A DNA stretch of 64,000 bases from Vitrella brassicaformis CCMP3155 (GCA_001179505.1 CDMY01000748.1:124001-188000), one strand, 5' to 3'; positions 1 to 14,081 are shown, numbered from the stretch's first letter. Notes: generated by a model from the sequence alone, not told the origin. Translations and numbers: made by a program.

Positions 1-1
1 A

Positions 2-792
2 CGACCACCTCGCCCCTCCGCCACTCATCCCGCCGGCCTCCCTCGAACCACCAGGCCTCCCCCCACCTCGCCGGGAATGTGTACGTCATCGACATGTGTG
101 TTGCAGTAGTCAGGTCGTCTGCTGGGAATGAGAAATGCGCAGCTTCTGCCTTCGCCGGTAAACATCCCCCAGTTGATGAAGTTTTCGTCGACGACGACAA
201 ACGGGCGCACACTTGTTCTCGTTCGTTCTGGTCCAACAACACCCGCCCACCACAGCAGCGATCAGCGACACCGTGTAGAGGGTAGCTGGTGTGATTGATG
301 GGCTCATTCTTCCATCGCCTCATCGCCCTCCTCGTCGTCCGAGGCCTCATCGTCGGTGTACTCCTCCACCTTGAGTGTCTCATCGACGGTCTCCTCGAGA
401 TCGGAGGACCTGCAGGCAAGGCAAAAGGCATTGCACGGGGCACTCGTCAGGTGCATCGATGCATTTCTGTGTGTCTTTTCGTGGCGTATGGTGGATGTCT
501 TACTCGTACTCGCTCCTCAGAGAGACGCCCCGATTCGAACGGATTGTCGGATTTGCGCTGGCTGGCTTCGTTTGGTGCTGTGTTGAGCGCGGTTGACTCT
601 TCGTCGGTCTCTTGTGTCCTAGTACAGCTACAGGTCGAACGGTGCCGCCCGCGCTTGCCGTTGCCCTTTCTGTCCCACAGGGCGCCCTGGAGGTACGTTT
701 TCTTGTATGGTGCCCACCACGACCACCACGCCCCTCCGCCACTCATCCCGCCGGCCTCCCTCGAACCACCAGGCCTCCCCCCACCTCGCCGG
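2..792. repeat. Direct repeat of about 73 bp (2-74 and 720-792), about 718 bp apart
   Basis: CGACCACC(T/A)CGCCCCTCCGCCACTCATCCCGCCGGCCTCCCTCGAACCACCAGGCCTCCCCCCACCTCGCCGG occurs twice with one mismatch; weaker similarity continues beyond it. Confidence 0.85.
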
Positions 793-1016
793 AAACGTCC
801 GTGCTGCCGACATGTCGAAGCTGTCAGGTCGTCTGCGGGGGGTCTCACAGGAAAAGCGCGGGCGCCACAAGTATGTGCCGCAGTGGCTGAGGCCATGTGC
901 TCTCCGGTCCTCGGTCGCCCCGGTGCCGTTCCCAATGGATGCGCTGGCCATTGCTGTGGTGTGGCATCCCTTGGCACCTCGTCACCACTTCGGCCGAAGC
1001 GCCGGAAGACGCGCAC
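307..1016 (-). CDS. Hypothetical spliced gene or gene fragment with acidic C-terminus; tandem copy of a unit that continues off the window start
   Basis: The GTAAGA donor near 503 and the TGCAG acceptor near 430 join in frame to give ...SEYESSDLEETVDETLKVEEYTDDEASDDEEGDEAMEE*. An upstream segment TFPARWGEAWWFEGGRRDEWRRG is repeated at 2-74. The 5' structure is unresolved. Confidence 0.3.
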
Positions 1017-1321
1017 ACGCCAAGGCGATGCTGTGGTGCTGTGGGTATGGTGACGTGCCGAGTATGGGCGTCAGCGCGTCGAATGAAAGACCCAACTGAG
1101 CCTCGTACACTTAGTTTGTGGAATGGAAAATTCAAAAAAGAAAGTAGGGTTTGCGGGGTTGTCTCTTCAGCGATTTCGCGACACCCTAAGCATACGGGCG
1201 GAGAAGAAGGTGGAGGCAGGCTATGCTTTCACGCTTACGCTCCACGCCTGCATGGCTTTTGATCGCAAACTGAGCGAAAGACCGCCGCTTTCCCTCCCCT
1301 TGGCTGACTTGGTGGGCATCG

Positions 1322-3283
1322 ATGTCTTGCCGGCTGCTGTTCGAGGGTCTGCGGGGTGATCCGGTGTCTGCCATATTCCTCACGTCACAGGGATGCTGCG
1401 CAGGTCAGAAACAAGGCCAAACACGGACGCCTGGAATGGTCACCGGCTGCAGTGCGTGGGTCTGTCTGTCTGTGTCTGCTTTTGGGTGTTCAGGAACGCT
1501 CTGTGGTCGTGTGGTGGCTCACTTTTTTGAGGGGCTTCACAGTGGGCGAAACCTCGTTATCTGCTCCTGGAGTGAAGACGCCGTCAGAGGGGTGGGGTCA
1601 GCCCATTCACAACGTGTCAAACCCTGGTGATCTCTATGTGCTTTCCCCCGCCCTCCCTCCCTCCCTCCCTCCCTCCCTCTGTGGTCATCCAGGTGTGGTT
1701 CACCGAGCACTGCATCACTGTGACAGTGGGCGACTCCCTGTGTCGGCTGTACCCCCGGGCGCTGACAGCGACTGGCGGTGTGCCGCAGGAGATGGCCTTC
1801 GAGAAGAAGGCCGCAGCGTCCGTCAGGTTTGTCCTGCAGAGGGCCAACAACGTCATCGTGCTCTCTAATGGTGTGTGAGAGAGGGAGGGATGGGAGGGAG
1901 AGGTGGGAGGGAGAGGGAGGGGTGGTTTTCCTCGAGATCTCCTGTATGTGTGTGTATGTGTTGTGTGTGTGTGTAGGTGTGACGTTGGTGTCTGACCTAA
2001 GAGACGGTTCACAACGTTCTCTCGGCTGGAAGCTGCAGGACCGATACACGGCACCGTGCGACTGGAACGGAGCCAACCTCCTGTACGCCCCGCCCCCACC
2101 TCACACACACACACACGTGCAGCAAATCAACGAAAAGTGTGTGTGTGTTGGGTGTGTTGTGGTGTGGGTGGGGTGCAATGGCCGCGGTCAGTTTGTTTTC
2201 GGCGGTGCCTGACGAGCAGCCGAGCATCCAGCTGCTGCAGCCAGAACAGTGAGTGAGAACCATAGTCGAGCTCGCCACCGGGTGTGTATGTGTGTGTGTG
2301 TGTGCTGATTGATAGGCACCAGCGGTTGGTTGTCCGCGACTTGCCACGGAGGACCCGGGTCGTCACGCAGCTCAAGCTATGGGTAACACACAGACAGGCA
2401 GACAGACAGACAGACAGACAGAGGGAGGGAGGGAGGGAGAGAGGGCGGTGGAATGGTGTCAATTTTGTTGTGCAGGGGGATGGTCGCATTGTGTTTGTGC
2501 GAGAGGGGCGGTGTATAGTGGTCTTTGACTACAAGACCAACCTCGACACCGTAAGTTACCGTCACACATGACATGCACACACACACCACGCGGAGGGGAG
2601 CAGCACCCAGTGGACGATTGTCGTCTGTGTGATGGGTGTGATGGTGCAGCACGTGATAAGCGGTCACCGTGGTGACATTGTGAGCATCGCCTTCTGTGAC
2701 GAACACCGCATCGCCGCCGTCTCAAACGATGGCACACTCAAGATATGGGACATTACCAACACCAAATCAAGGAGAGGTACGGAGGCACATACACTCACAC
2801 GGCGGGATGCAGGTGATGTGATCATGGTCTGCTGGTGCTTATGTGTAGGTGTGTGCACCAAGACAGTCACCTTGCGGCAGTGCTCTTTCGACCTCGGTAG
2901 GTAGATATTGACAGAGAGAGAGAAAAGACAAAGACGGACCCACCTTACCGGGTGCAATCACTGTTGTGTGGATGGATGTGACTAACCCACCCAGGTTGGT
3001 CGTACCACATGGCTGCCACCGACAGCCTCGTGGCCTTCAGCGCAGACGAGGTAGGTACGGTAGGTCACACACAGGCAGAGGTCTCATGCCACCACACACA
3101 CACTCTCTCTCTCACTCTCGCATACTGTCTCTCTGTGTGTGGGTGTCTGTGTGTGTCTATCAGGGTGTGTTCCTGGTTGACCTGAATGGCAGCCAGGGGA
3201 CGGGCAGCGCGACCCAGGTGGTGCCCGCCGCACCCAACAACCACAACCACAGAGGGGGAGGCTGGCCCGCCAACACACGATGA
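1322..3283 (+). CDS. WD40-repeat protein (about 11 exons)
   Basis: A chain of GT..AG-bounded exons: MSCRLLFEG..., VWFTEHCITV..., GDGRIVFVREG..., and HVISGHRGDIVSIAFCDEHRIAAVSNDGTLKIWD, which is a clear GH...WD repeat. Ends ...GWPANTR* at 3283. Confidence 0.75.
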
Positions 3284-3782
3284 CACATGTACATGGTATG
3301 GTGATGAGTGAAAGATGACGACCGACGGCCGGCCACACTCCGCAGCACAGAGCACAGCATAGCGCAGCATGCCTTCATCGGGTGTGCGCTGTGTTATGCG
3401 TTCTGATGTGTGATGGTCTGCGGCTGGCCGGCTGGGTGTCTGTCTTTGTATATGGGTGTGTGGCTGTATGTATGAGCTTTTTGAGAGTTGGCCGTGTGGC
3501 GGGGCGGCCGAATTGAATCAACCGACCAAGAGAGAGGGCGGGAGGGGTGTCTGTGTGTACAGTCAAGTCAGAGACAGACACAACACAGAGCGTGCGAGTC
3601 TGAGTGAGTGAGAGGGACCTTCCTCCGTCGTGTGTACATGACTCAAGGAAAGATACACATGGCGGGACAAACATGGAACGGGACAAACATGGCCGAGCCA
3701 TGCATCCATCCATCCATCGAGCGAATCACCACGTGTGCGATCAGACAAGAAAAGATGGCAGCTCATCTGGTGGGTATGAGCT

Positions 3783-6291
3783 TCATGGGCAGGTGGCCGC
3801 ACTCGTCCCGCTTCTTGTTGAAAATGGCAAGCCGATCACGGACTGCCTGACGCCTACACACACACACACACACAGAGACACACATCCATCATGCACACCC
3901 CCATGTGTCCACACACCACACACACCACCCCCACCTGAGCAGGTCAGCATGCGCCTGCACGACCTTCCTGTCTCTCAGCTGTTCCGCCTCCCTCTCCACC
4001 AAAGCCGCCTCCCGCTTGTAGAGCTCAAAGTCGTGCTGCTGCCGGGGGTTGCCGTAGATGTCGTGAGTTCTCAGATACTCGGCCCAGGTGCCCCCGGCCT
4101 GATCCAGCACAGACCGACGCCGGCCACCTCGCTGCACCTGGTGCTGGTGGTGGTGGTGGACATGGTGGCCTGTGGGCGACCGGTCCATAGCAATTCCGGC
4201 ACCGGCGCCTTTCTTGGCTGGCAGTGCTGCTGGTGGTGGTGGTGCTTGTGCTGATTGTGCGGTGGTGTCCGTTGATGATGGGTGGAGGGACGAGGAGTGG
4301 CCCGTCGCGGCCGTGTGGAGGGCCTTGGGTGACACAGGAGGCAGAGGCGGCTTGTGGGTCTTGATCGTGACAGCTGCTTGTGGGTGTGAGGGAGAGGTCT
4401 TTGCCGGGAGGGCGATTGGGAGGGATGGGGCGCTGTTGCAGCCGCGAAGCCTGCAACCACATCGATCAAGACACACAAAAAGGCATGCAGACGCAGATTG
4501 ATGGATGCGGTCGTGTCTCCCACCCGATGAACCGCGCGGCCACATTCCTGGCCCCCGCTGTTTCCAGTGGGTTCCGCCGCAGCAGCTGCGCCAGGACAGG
4601 GGATATGTTGTGGGTCAGCAGGGAGGGGCACACGGCCAGGTAGTCCTGATACGGGTCCTTCCCGCTCGCAGCGGCTTCGTCCAGCGTCACCGTCTCAGCT
4701 GCCTCGTCATCATCCCCTCTGCCCTCTCCACCCTCTCCCCCATCTGCCCCCTCTCTCTCCGATTGTCCTACTCCTTCATCGAAGAACAAAACGGCCTTTC
4801 TGTTTGTCGGTGAAGTGTCCAAAGGGTCGCTCTGGCCAGAGAAAAAAGCCGCCTCCCATTGAGGGGCGGCGGTGTGCCGGCGGGACGACCGTCGTGCGGT
4901 GGATTTCTGCGACTTTGTCGCCTCTGTGTGCTGTCCGTCGTCACCTCCTGGCTGCTGTGAGGGGCGGCGGGGTGAGAGGGGGGCGTTGAAGTGTTTGGCG
5001 GGTGTCTGCCGCTTCATGACGCTGCGGTGGCCCACCATGAGGACGGCGTGGTGGTGGCTCCTGCCCCACACAGGGGTGTGCACTGCCGGCGCCTCTGACA
5101 CCTGTCGTCTGCTTCTGCCCGCCTCAGACGCACCCGAAGAGCTTCTCGCGTCCCCTGTGGTGTCGATCTCCCTCTCCAGTTCCTTCTTCTCCCTCTGACG
5201 TGCAGACGCTGCTCTGCCTCTGCTCTCTCCCCCGTCCCCATCAGAGCCGCCATCTTCATCCGCCAAGCCGATCACCTTGGGCAATGCGTCCTCTGTCGCT
5301 TTGGTCCGCAGCTTCACTCTGCCGCGGTAGCCAACCGGACACTCTTGCTCAGACTCTTCCGACGTGTCGGTCCTTTTCTGGGAGCTAGAGGGGGGCGGTG
5401 GGGCGGCGGAGAAGAGCTCCTGCTTCGTGGCTAGGTCCTCCTGGATGTGTGTGAGGATGGGGCTGCTCTTGTTGCCGCCACGGATGGGAAGCACCCGCAT
5501 CGCCAGCCTGGGCGGCTGCCGGTCCATTTGCGCGAACTCGAGCTGCACCCCGAAAAGGGGCCTGTGGGAGGTGCCTTCAAACGGGCCTCCTGGTGCGGCT
5601 GCTGAGCCTTCAATGCTGGAACGGGCGGCCTGCTGCTCGGACGAGCCGAGGGGTGCAATGGTGGACTGAATGATGCTGGCGGTGTTGCCGCGCATCAGCC
5701 GGGCCGCCTGTTCTTTGCCCTTTTGCTGCTGCTGTTGCTGCTGCTGGACGTCGTCGTGGGCCTGCATGGGCTTGAGGTGGGGGGCGGATATCACCTGCGC
5801 GATGAAAAGCCGCTTCCTGAGCTCTGCAAGTGCGGCATCGGAGGGCCGCACACCGGTCAGCTCGAAGTGAACTATCTAATTGAGGAGACATCACGCAAAG
5901 AGTGTGTATGGGTGCCTGCGGGGAACCCACCTTGTCAAGAGCTCTCAAGAAGTCCTCGCCGATGTCGGCCGCGTCGTTTGGAAAGAGGGCGGTGAAGAGC
6001 CGATACAGTGCCTGGGACAATATGGGCGGCAACGCATCCGCGACCCACGTCTGCAGCATAGCATCACGAGACGATGCCTGTGGCCCGAAAGCATTCCTGA
6101 TGTCTGTCCTCATGTGTACCTGCAGCCTGACGCCCCTTCTAATCTCTGAGTAGGAAACGATTCCCGCAGTGGCAGCAGACGCAGGCTGTGTGGCGCCGCT
6201 CGTGTTGAGCGGCATCAGGGAAGCCAGCCGCCGACTGGCCAGCGTCTGGCTCAGTGTGCCGATGCGAGACACCAACTGCATCTGACACGCA

Positions 6292-6329
<38 letters not shown>

Positions 6330-7542
6330 CAGCACATCCATCAGACAGACAGCCAAATTTTGACTCACCCAGTGCTTTGGCAGCGGCGCTCTCAGCTCGG
6401 ACAGGGCCTTGAGCTTCCTCTCCCGGAACAGCTTGAACTCATCAGCCATCTCCCAGAACTGCTTCTGCCCCCGCAGGGCCTCCAGCTTCCCCTCCTTTTT
6501 GTAAAACACCAGAATGAGCACCAGCCAGAACATCCCCACGCCCAGCTCGCGCACCGTCCTGCCCTCCTCATGCACCAGCCGCTTCAGCGCCCGCATCCGC
6601 AGTGTCTGCTGCGGGGTGCCGGGGGGGTGGAGGCCTCTGACGGCCTCCTGGACGTACGGGAAGACGTCCACAAACACGTCGGTGTGTCTGCTGCCGCCCT
6701 CCACGCCGTTGATGACGATCCCGCAGTAGTCCTTGACACTTGGCGGACTGAGGAGATGCTCCGCAGACCCCGGCTGTGGCAGCATGATTGTCTTAGACTC
6801 GGCCTGGTGGTGCTGGTGCTGGTGGTGGTTCTGGTTCTGGGCTTGTGGGTCCCGCGGTTTGCCATCTTTCTGGCTGAAGGATGGCTGCCGTGACGCTGGC
6901 CTGGTTGTGGTGCCTCTGCCGGTGGTGGAGCCTATCATGGAAGCGCGTCTCGCAGATGGCAGCTGGGTGGGCGCCTGCAGATGGGAGACGGTGTTGCGGA
7001 TGATGTTGAAGAAGGGATGCCCCTGAATTAAGCCACACGACACACACGTCTTTCCTTTGTTCAACAACACGCCCATCCCTCCGTCCATTGCTCACTCTCT
7101 GCAGCTGGTCCAGCAAAGGTTGGTAGAGGGAATCCAGGCTCCGCACCTTGGGTGGTGGCGGGGGCGTCGAATCATGCTGCTCCTGCTGTGACTGCGTGGT
7201 GGACGACTCTGACTCGAAGCTGCTCATCTTGACGTCGGGCGACGGTGGCCCTGACGGCCTCGTCGAATCGGGAACAACGCCCCCGTCTCTCATCCTTTCA
7301 CTGCAGATCTGTCTGCCTGACCCCACAATGACGTTTCTTTGGTCTCTATGCCAATCTTCGCTGCTTCTGTCGTCAGAGCGATCCAACTGCGAGCTTAGAG
7401 AGCAGATCTCGAGATCGCGCAAGAGGCGGCTTTGTCGTAGGCCTTGTTCGTCGAAGGACGGAAGATCCAGCCCTTCCCGCCCAGCAGCAGCAAGCATCCC
7501 CTTTCGGATCTTCAGCTCAGCTGCTGTTGCTCCTGCCTGCAT
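3783..7542 (-). CDS. FAM227-like (FWWh-domain-like) protein with long low-complexity flanks
   Basis: Long ORFs 6793-7542, 5610-7088, 4466-5851 and 3889-4545 link by canonical introns. The core GMFWLVLILVF ... DALPPILSQALYRLFTALFPNDAADIGEDFLRALDK|IVHFELTGVRP resembles my recollection of the FAM227 FWWh pattern (laQavy..F...FP.....f...F...l......G..P). The gene is well supported; the family call is moderate. Confidence 0.55.
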
Positions 7543-7734
7543 CGCACCGCATCACGCCGCGCGCCACCGTGCGAGTGCATCGTCGGCTCACCTGGAGATC
7601 TATCTGGCTACTCGCGAGTGGCGGCCAGACGAGCTCAGTGATCTCTTTCCTTGTTCGCTTCTCAAGGCTGCCGTCGCGACCGCTCTATCATCTCACCGCA
7701 TAGATTTCAGCCTGGTGAGTGTCGCGGTGTGGCC

Positions 7735-9889
7735 ATGATGCTGTACGTGTCAAAGCCGCCCTTTGAGGACCACCAGCCCCTCCATCAGCACCACCACCAA
7801 CCCCACCTTGGCATGAGGCCATACGGCGGCGTGAGCCACCACTCCCCCGGGCACTCACACGGACACCATCACTCCACCAGACCCCCCAGGAAGGAGCCGA
7901 AGCTGCAGTTCTACAAGACAAAGGTGAGTCACTCGGTAGGGTCGGCCGGCGGGTCACAGGGGGGGTGAGATGGATCCAGGCGTGTCAAGTCACTGTGTTG
8001 CGGTGCATGTGCCGGCTGTGTGACTGTGTGTTCAGATGTGTCCGTTTGTGGAGCGGGGGCGGTGCACCCGAGGGGCGTCGTGTCTCTTTGCACACTCACC
8101 TGAAGAGCTCAGACCCCTGCCGGTACGCCACGCCCCTCACACGTGGCAGCCACACAACCACGGCACAACGATGCTCGCACCGCATGACACGTGTGGTCTG
8201 CAGGATCTGACCAAGACCCGGTTCTGCGAGACCATGCGACACCTCGTATGCCGCCCACACACACACGGACAGTCGGAATTCGGTCAACACATGAACGCAT
8301 CCATCCGTGTGTTGTGTGTGGTGTTCAGGGTCACTGTACTGATATGGCCTGTCCGTTCGCCCACTCGGCCTCCGAGCTGCGGCACACGGCCGACTTCTTC
8401 AAGACCTCCCTATGCACTATGGTATGTATGCTGGCCTCTCGGTGACACACACACGACGAGACGAGCAAACGTGTGGATGAATCCTTCGTGTGTTGACCTG
8501 GTTGTGTTGACCTGCCTGGTCGTCTCTCTCGTCCATTCATTGATCAGTGGAAGAAGGGTTACTGTCCGAGCGGTGAATTCTGCCGCCACGCACACGGCGA
8601 GCTGGAGCTGCGGGAGGTGCCTAAGGTGCCCGTCAGATACAAGGGCACCCACCACCGGTGCGCACACGACACTCCACTCCACGGCAACACACTACACTAC
8701 ACTACACTACACATACACAAGTTCCCTTCCTTGTTTGTGCAGTGGAGGTGGCAACCATCACCACCACATGGGAGGCGGCAACAGCCACCACTCGTCGCTG
8801 ATGGCCATGCCGCCACGCAAGGCCATCATGGAGCCGCCACTTATGAAGGCGGCCGCCAAGCGCACGCCCTCACCCTCCCCACCCACAATCCACCCACCAC
8901 CCATCACGCAGCAGCAGCAACAGCCACAGCCGCAGCCGGAGATCTCCTGTCTCCCCCCGCCGGTCACAATCCGCTGCGTCGATGCGCCATGCGTCCCCCA
9001 CACAGTCGGTCCGCAAGAGGAGGACCGAGTCAGCATGTTGGTGGCCGTGAAGCGCAACAAGACCCAGAAGCGGCGCCACGCCGTCAGCAACCGGCCCCTG
9101 ACGCCACCGGCTTTCTGCGGCGACGAGGGGAAGGCCATCATCGAGGGCGAGGAAGAGGCTGATGACGTGCAACAGCAGAATCCGCAGCTCATGGTGACCA
9201 TGAGCACCAACACGCCCTCCAGTGGGTCGACGCGGAGCGACGAGAACGGCGAGATGGCCGTCGGTGTGGGTGTGGGTGTGGGCAGCATTGTGCCCAACGA
9301 CCACCCGTCCGTCGGGGCAGCATTTGGTGGTGGTAGTGGTCTTGGTGTGGGTGTGGGCATGGGCATGGGCGTCACCTCACTGTCTACGGCCACAACAACC
9401 AACTCGACCACCTCCAGCCCCTCGCACGAAATTCCCTGCCCCATCCCCGACGCGCGGCTGCCGCTGCCGTCCAGCGAGGCCGCCAACTCCCCCATGTTCA
9501 CCACGAGCTGCCACCTCAACCACCACACCCCCACCGGATACGCAAGCCCCCCGCCGCCCACACACACCGAGCCGCTCGAGTTCATGACGCCCATGACCTC
9601 CGTCAGCCCACACGCCGGGTCGATCGGGGGATACAGCGCCCCTTCGCCATACGCCTATGGGTACAGCACCGCGCGGTCGCCGATGGGCCTGTCGCTGCCG
9701 TCGTTCCCCTCGCCGTTTCTCGCGCCTGACCCGAGCAGCATTGGGGGGTATGTGGCCGGCGGCGGTGCTGGGGGTGGTGGTGGTCAGATGGGTGGCCCTC
9801 AGGGTGATGATGGGAGCGGTGGTGGGATGGGCATGATGCCCGCCATCGACTTGCTGAGGAAGGCGCAGCCCACCCACTATGAGGACTGA
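7735..9889 (+). CDS. CCCH-type zinc finger protein (3 fingers) with long disordered C-terminus
   Basis: Spliced motifs: FYKTK|MCPFVERGRCTRGASCLFAHSPEELR, LTKTRFCETMRHL|GHCTDMACPFAHSASELR and FFKTSLCTM|WKKGYCPSGEFCRHAHGELELR. A long Pro/Ser/Gly-rich final exon runs to 9889. Confidence 0.88.
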
Positions 9890-11558
9890 CCATTGGGGGG
9901 GAGGGGGGGAGGGTGGGGGGCTCTGGCGCGGTGTTCCTGTCTGTGTGTGAGTGTCGTTGTGTGTTGGTGTACATGGTATGGCGTGGCGTGCTGTGGGGGT
10001 TGTGGGGCCTCGAGTCTTACTACTCATAATAGATATGTCAAGGCGGCATCAGCCTACCCTATATCGTCTATCGCAGTCGTGAGGGGAGGGAGGGCAGGGC
10101 CCGGGATCGGGATGGATGGATGGATGGACGGAGTGGCGAGTCGTGTGCCTGCCTGTGTGTTTGCGGTGTTGCTTTAGCCTTACCGTGGGTGAGAGAGTGA
10201 GAAAGCAATAGTGCGACAGACGACAGAGCGGCCGACAGAGAGACAGACATCGTCTCACATCGTCTCCTCGGTCTGTCTGTCTGTGCGCGAGCCATACAGT
10301 GGTTTTGTTGGCACTGCTCGCCGGTAGACAGGCAGGCAGGCAGTCGGTAGTCAACCGTGCTGTTGGTGTGCGCGGCAGAACACACAGACACACAGACAAG
10401 GAAGCAAGTTCACCTGATCGACCGAAGGTGCCGGTCCACTGATATCCCTCCCTACCTCCCTCTGTCTGTCTGCTCCTTTTGCCTGTGTGAATGAATGCTT
10501 TGTGTCTGGTGTGGTGTGGTGTGGTATGGTGGTGTTTGTCGTACCTCTGATTGGTCTCTCTCCCTCTCTCTCTCTCTGTGGTAGGGTGCATCCGTCGATT
10601 CTTTGCCCGTCTGTTGCGTTGGTCGGTCGGTGTATGGTGTGGTATTGGTGGCCACGAAGGAAAGGGATGGACAGACAGGTTAGGTGGGTTCCTGCATGCA
10701 TGCGTGTGTGAGTGAATGCGGGCTCCTGACTGCAGCGCGTGTCGGTCCTTCCATCTGTCTGTCTATCTGCCTGCCTGCCTGCCTATGTCTGTCTGTGTGT
10801 GGTGGATTGATGCGATGCGATGCGTTTTGATTGGTCGCTGATGTGGCTGCATGGGTAATGCTGCGAGGGGAGGGAGGGACACACGGAAATGTCCCAGAGA
10901 GATGATGGGAGGGGGAGGGAGGGAGGGAGTGGTCTCTGTGCGGATGGATGGATGGATGTGTGAATGATGCATGACAGGTGTACGTGTACATACATACCCT
11001 ATTTGTTATCGATCGACCGCGAGCCGCCGTCGGCTCTCTTCCTCATACCTTGCCTTCCTCCCCTGTAGCCCTCTCCTCGTTTGTTGTCTTGTTCTCTTGT
11101 TGTCCTGTCTCGTCTGCATGTTGCTGCTGTACCATAGGCGCTGCTCGCAGGCCAGTTTCCTCTCCTCGCTCTCATTTCCTCTCCTCGTCTCGTCTCTGCT
11201 CGTCTCGTCTCGTCTCTGCTCGTCTCTTCTGGCCACAGATCGCTTGCTCTTTCATTTCGCGTTCGTCCATCTATGTGGTGGCTGTGTCGGTGATGTATTT
11301 GTGACTTACGACCGGGCGTCACGCGACACACTGGGGCAGTGTGAGGGGAGGGATGGGTATGAATTCATATATACAATTCTCTACATCATACGTATACACA
11401 TCTACACATCTACCTACCTACATGTCCATACGTACATACAAACTACTGTATGTCTGTCTACGCATGTGTACACTCTGTCGATCTCACTGGCACACGCTCC
11501 TTCTCCTTCTTTGGTCTCTCTATCTCTCTCTTCGCATCAGCCGACGATGCATCGGCGG

Positions 11559-11858
11559 NNNNNNNNNNNNNNNNNNNNNNNNNNNNNNNNNNNNNNNNNN
11601 NNNNNNNNNNNNNNNNNNNNNNNNNNNNNNNNNNNNNNNNNNNNNNNNNNNNNNNNNNNNNNNNNNNNNNNNNNNNNNNNNNNNNNNNNNNNNNNNNNNN
11701 NNNNNNNNNNNNNNNNNNNNNNNNNNNNNNNNNNNNNNNNNNNNNNNNNNNNNNNNNNNNNNNNNNNNNNNNNNNNNNNNNNNNNNNNNNNNNNNNNNNN
11801 NNNNNNNNNNNNNNNNNNNNNNNNNNNNNNNNNNNNNNNNNNNNNNNNNNNNNNNNNN
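11559..11858. other. Assembly gap (300 N) followed by a G-run
   Basis: Run of N in the sequence. Confidence 0.98.
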
Positions 11859-14081
11859 GGGGGGGGGGGGGGGGCATGGAGAGAGGCGGGCAGCGGCGGT
11901 ATGGCGTCATGTTTGTGGTGTGTGCATCTATGTGCCGTGTGGGAGTGAGGGCGGGAGGTACCGACACATCCAAATGCAGGGATGGATGGGCGGACGGTTC
12001 ATTCATCTCCATCTATTTCTATACATATTTGCGTCCATACACATGCATCTGCCTATGCTCGCTGGCTACTGCGTCTTTCCTTTCCCTCCCCCACTCCCTA
12101 CTGTGTGTGTCCGTACCAGGTGGTCCGTTTGTTGCAATGTTGCGGTCGGTGACTAGCCTGATACATCCATACATCCATTCGGCACTCTTTGTTGCGCTCC
12201 TTTATCTACCTTTCCCCTGCTGCTGCCGACCTGTGTACTGTGTGCGCCCACCCACCCATGTATGTGTGGCCGTGTGTGGTGCAGTGCCACTCCCTTTTTG
12301 TAGTGACGCATGCAATGAGTATGGGTAGCTACATATGTCAAACTACACCCACACACGCCACCCCATGCCATCACATGCCATCACATACCATGCCACGCCA
12401 CAACAACGATGCCACCTATCCGTTGCGCACACGTACACATCAATCGTCATGGGAGGGGATTTTCATGCGAAACTGTGCATGTCCGGTCGGGAGCCAAGAG
12501 AGAGAGAGAGACGGCAAGAGAGGTGAGTGTGTGCCTGTTGCTGCATCGTGGTGTGTGTGCTGTGCGTATGGTATGGATGGGAGTCCGTCGGCCAGATGTC
12601 GGCGGCCTCTTTTGCGCTTTTGCCCAGCATCAACGAAGATCAACAGCGTATGATCTCACGTTTAGTGCTCACAATGCATCCACACGTATACACACACACA
12701 CACACACACACGCATGCTGCTACGCTACGCCGGCCGGACTGCTGTGTTTTTCAACCAATGAGTATGCGTGTGATTGCTCTCTCTGCCTCGATCGATGATG
12801 GTCGCCGTGAGTGAGTGTTGTTGTGCGATGTTGGTCATTTCGGTGTGTATGTGGTCTGTGGCTTTGGTGTTAGGATGCTTTTGCGATTGGCTCTCTGCAT
12901 TTCTGTCTGCCTGTCTGTCTGTCTGTCTGTGTGTCTTGTCGATGGCCATGCTGTTTTGTACGTGAGAGAGATCTCTATGCCGTTCCTTTTGGTCAAGATG
13001 ACCTGATGCTATCCGATGGATGGATGGATGGGCCTTTCTGCCCGTTTATGCTATGGATTGCCTTTCTGTTGTCTGTCTGTCTGAATGCCTGGTATTTCTC
13101 CTCACTCACTGAGTGCGTATTTGTCACGGCTGTATGTGTGTATGTTTGTCTGTCTGTCATCCTCCGGACATGGACGTGAAGCCCTGCATTCAAGTGTGTT
13201 GTGCCGTCGCCTCTTCTGTGTCATGTGTGTGCGTACCGCATATTTGTTATTGATACGGCCGGCCCCCTCCTCCAGCACTTTCTCGCACCGGCTCACTCAC
13301 CGCCTCGCCTTCGACATTCCCGCCTCGTCCGAATTTTGACTCTGTGCCATCCAATGGACCGGTCAAGCTGCGTCTGTGCACAACCCCGCCTGCATGCGCT
13401 GCATGGCCAAGGTGTCTATTTCTCACGCGTGCGTACGGCATGATGGCAGATTGGTGTTTGGTTGAAACGACGCGACGCTGCGTCCCTCTTGTGGTGTGTG
13501 TGTGTGTCTTGTCATGTGTTGTCCTCATGTCGTGGGAGTGGCCGAGTGCGCATGGGTGGGTGGGTGTGTATCATAGCTACGCTGGCGCTGGATGGGTAGA
13601 GGACGAGAGACGTTAAGGCTGCAGACAGGTCGATAGCCGGTTGGGCGGGAAGGAGGAGAGAGGGAGAGAGGGGCAGTGACAAAGTGAGTGAGTCTCGGTG
13701 TGGCTTGTCTGGTGTCTGTGCCTGTGTGGTGTGTGCTGATGCACTCATCATCGATCTCGTCTTTGTCCCTCTTGCGTGGCGTGGCGTGCCGTTCCATGCC
13801 TTGCTTATGCCGGTCATCAGTGTGTGTGTGTGTGCGTGTCCGTGTGTGCGTGCGTGTGGAGTGGACGAAGACGCTAACGTCTGTCTGTCTGTATGGATGA
13901 GTGTCAACACTGTCTACCTATGTATACACACACAAAAGCAATCAATCAGTCAACCGATCAAATCGATCGATCGATTGATCGGCAAAGCAACGCAAAACGC
14001 CACGCAAAGGGTCAAACAACACACCTGCTGGCTGGTCGTCTGAGTGATTGAGTGTGAGAGACGAGCAGACAGACAGTCAAG

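Noticed and set aside
9893-14043. Numerous ORFs in the track, including ones spanning the N gap
   Set aside because: Their translations are Cys/Val/His/Thr-rich products of microsatellites or run through Ns. No splice-supported coding signal was found.
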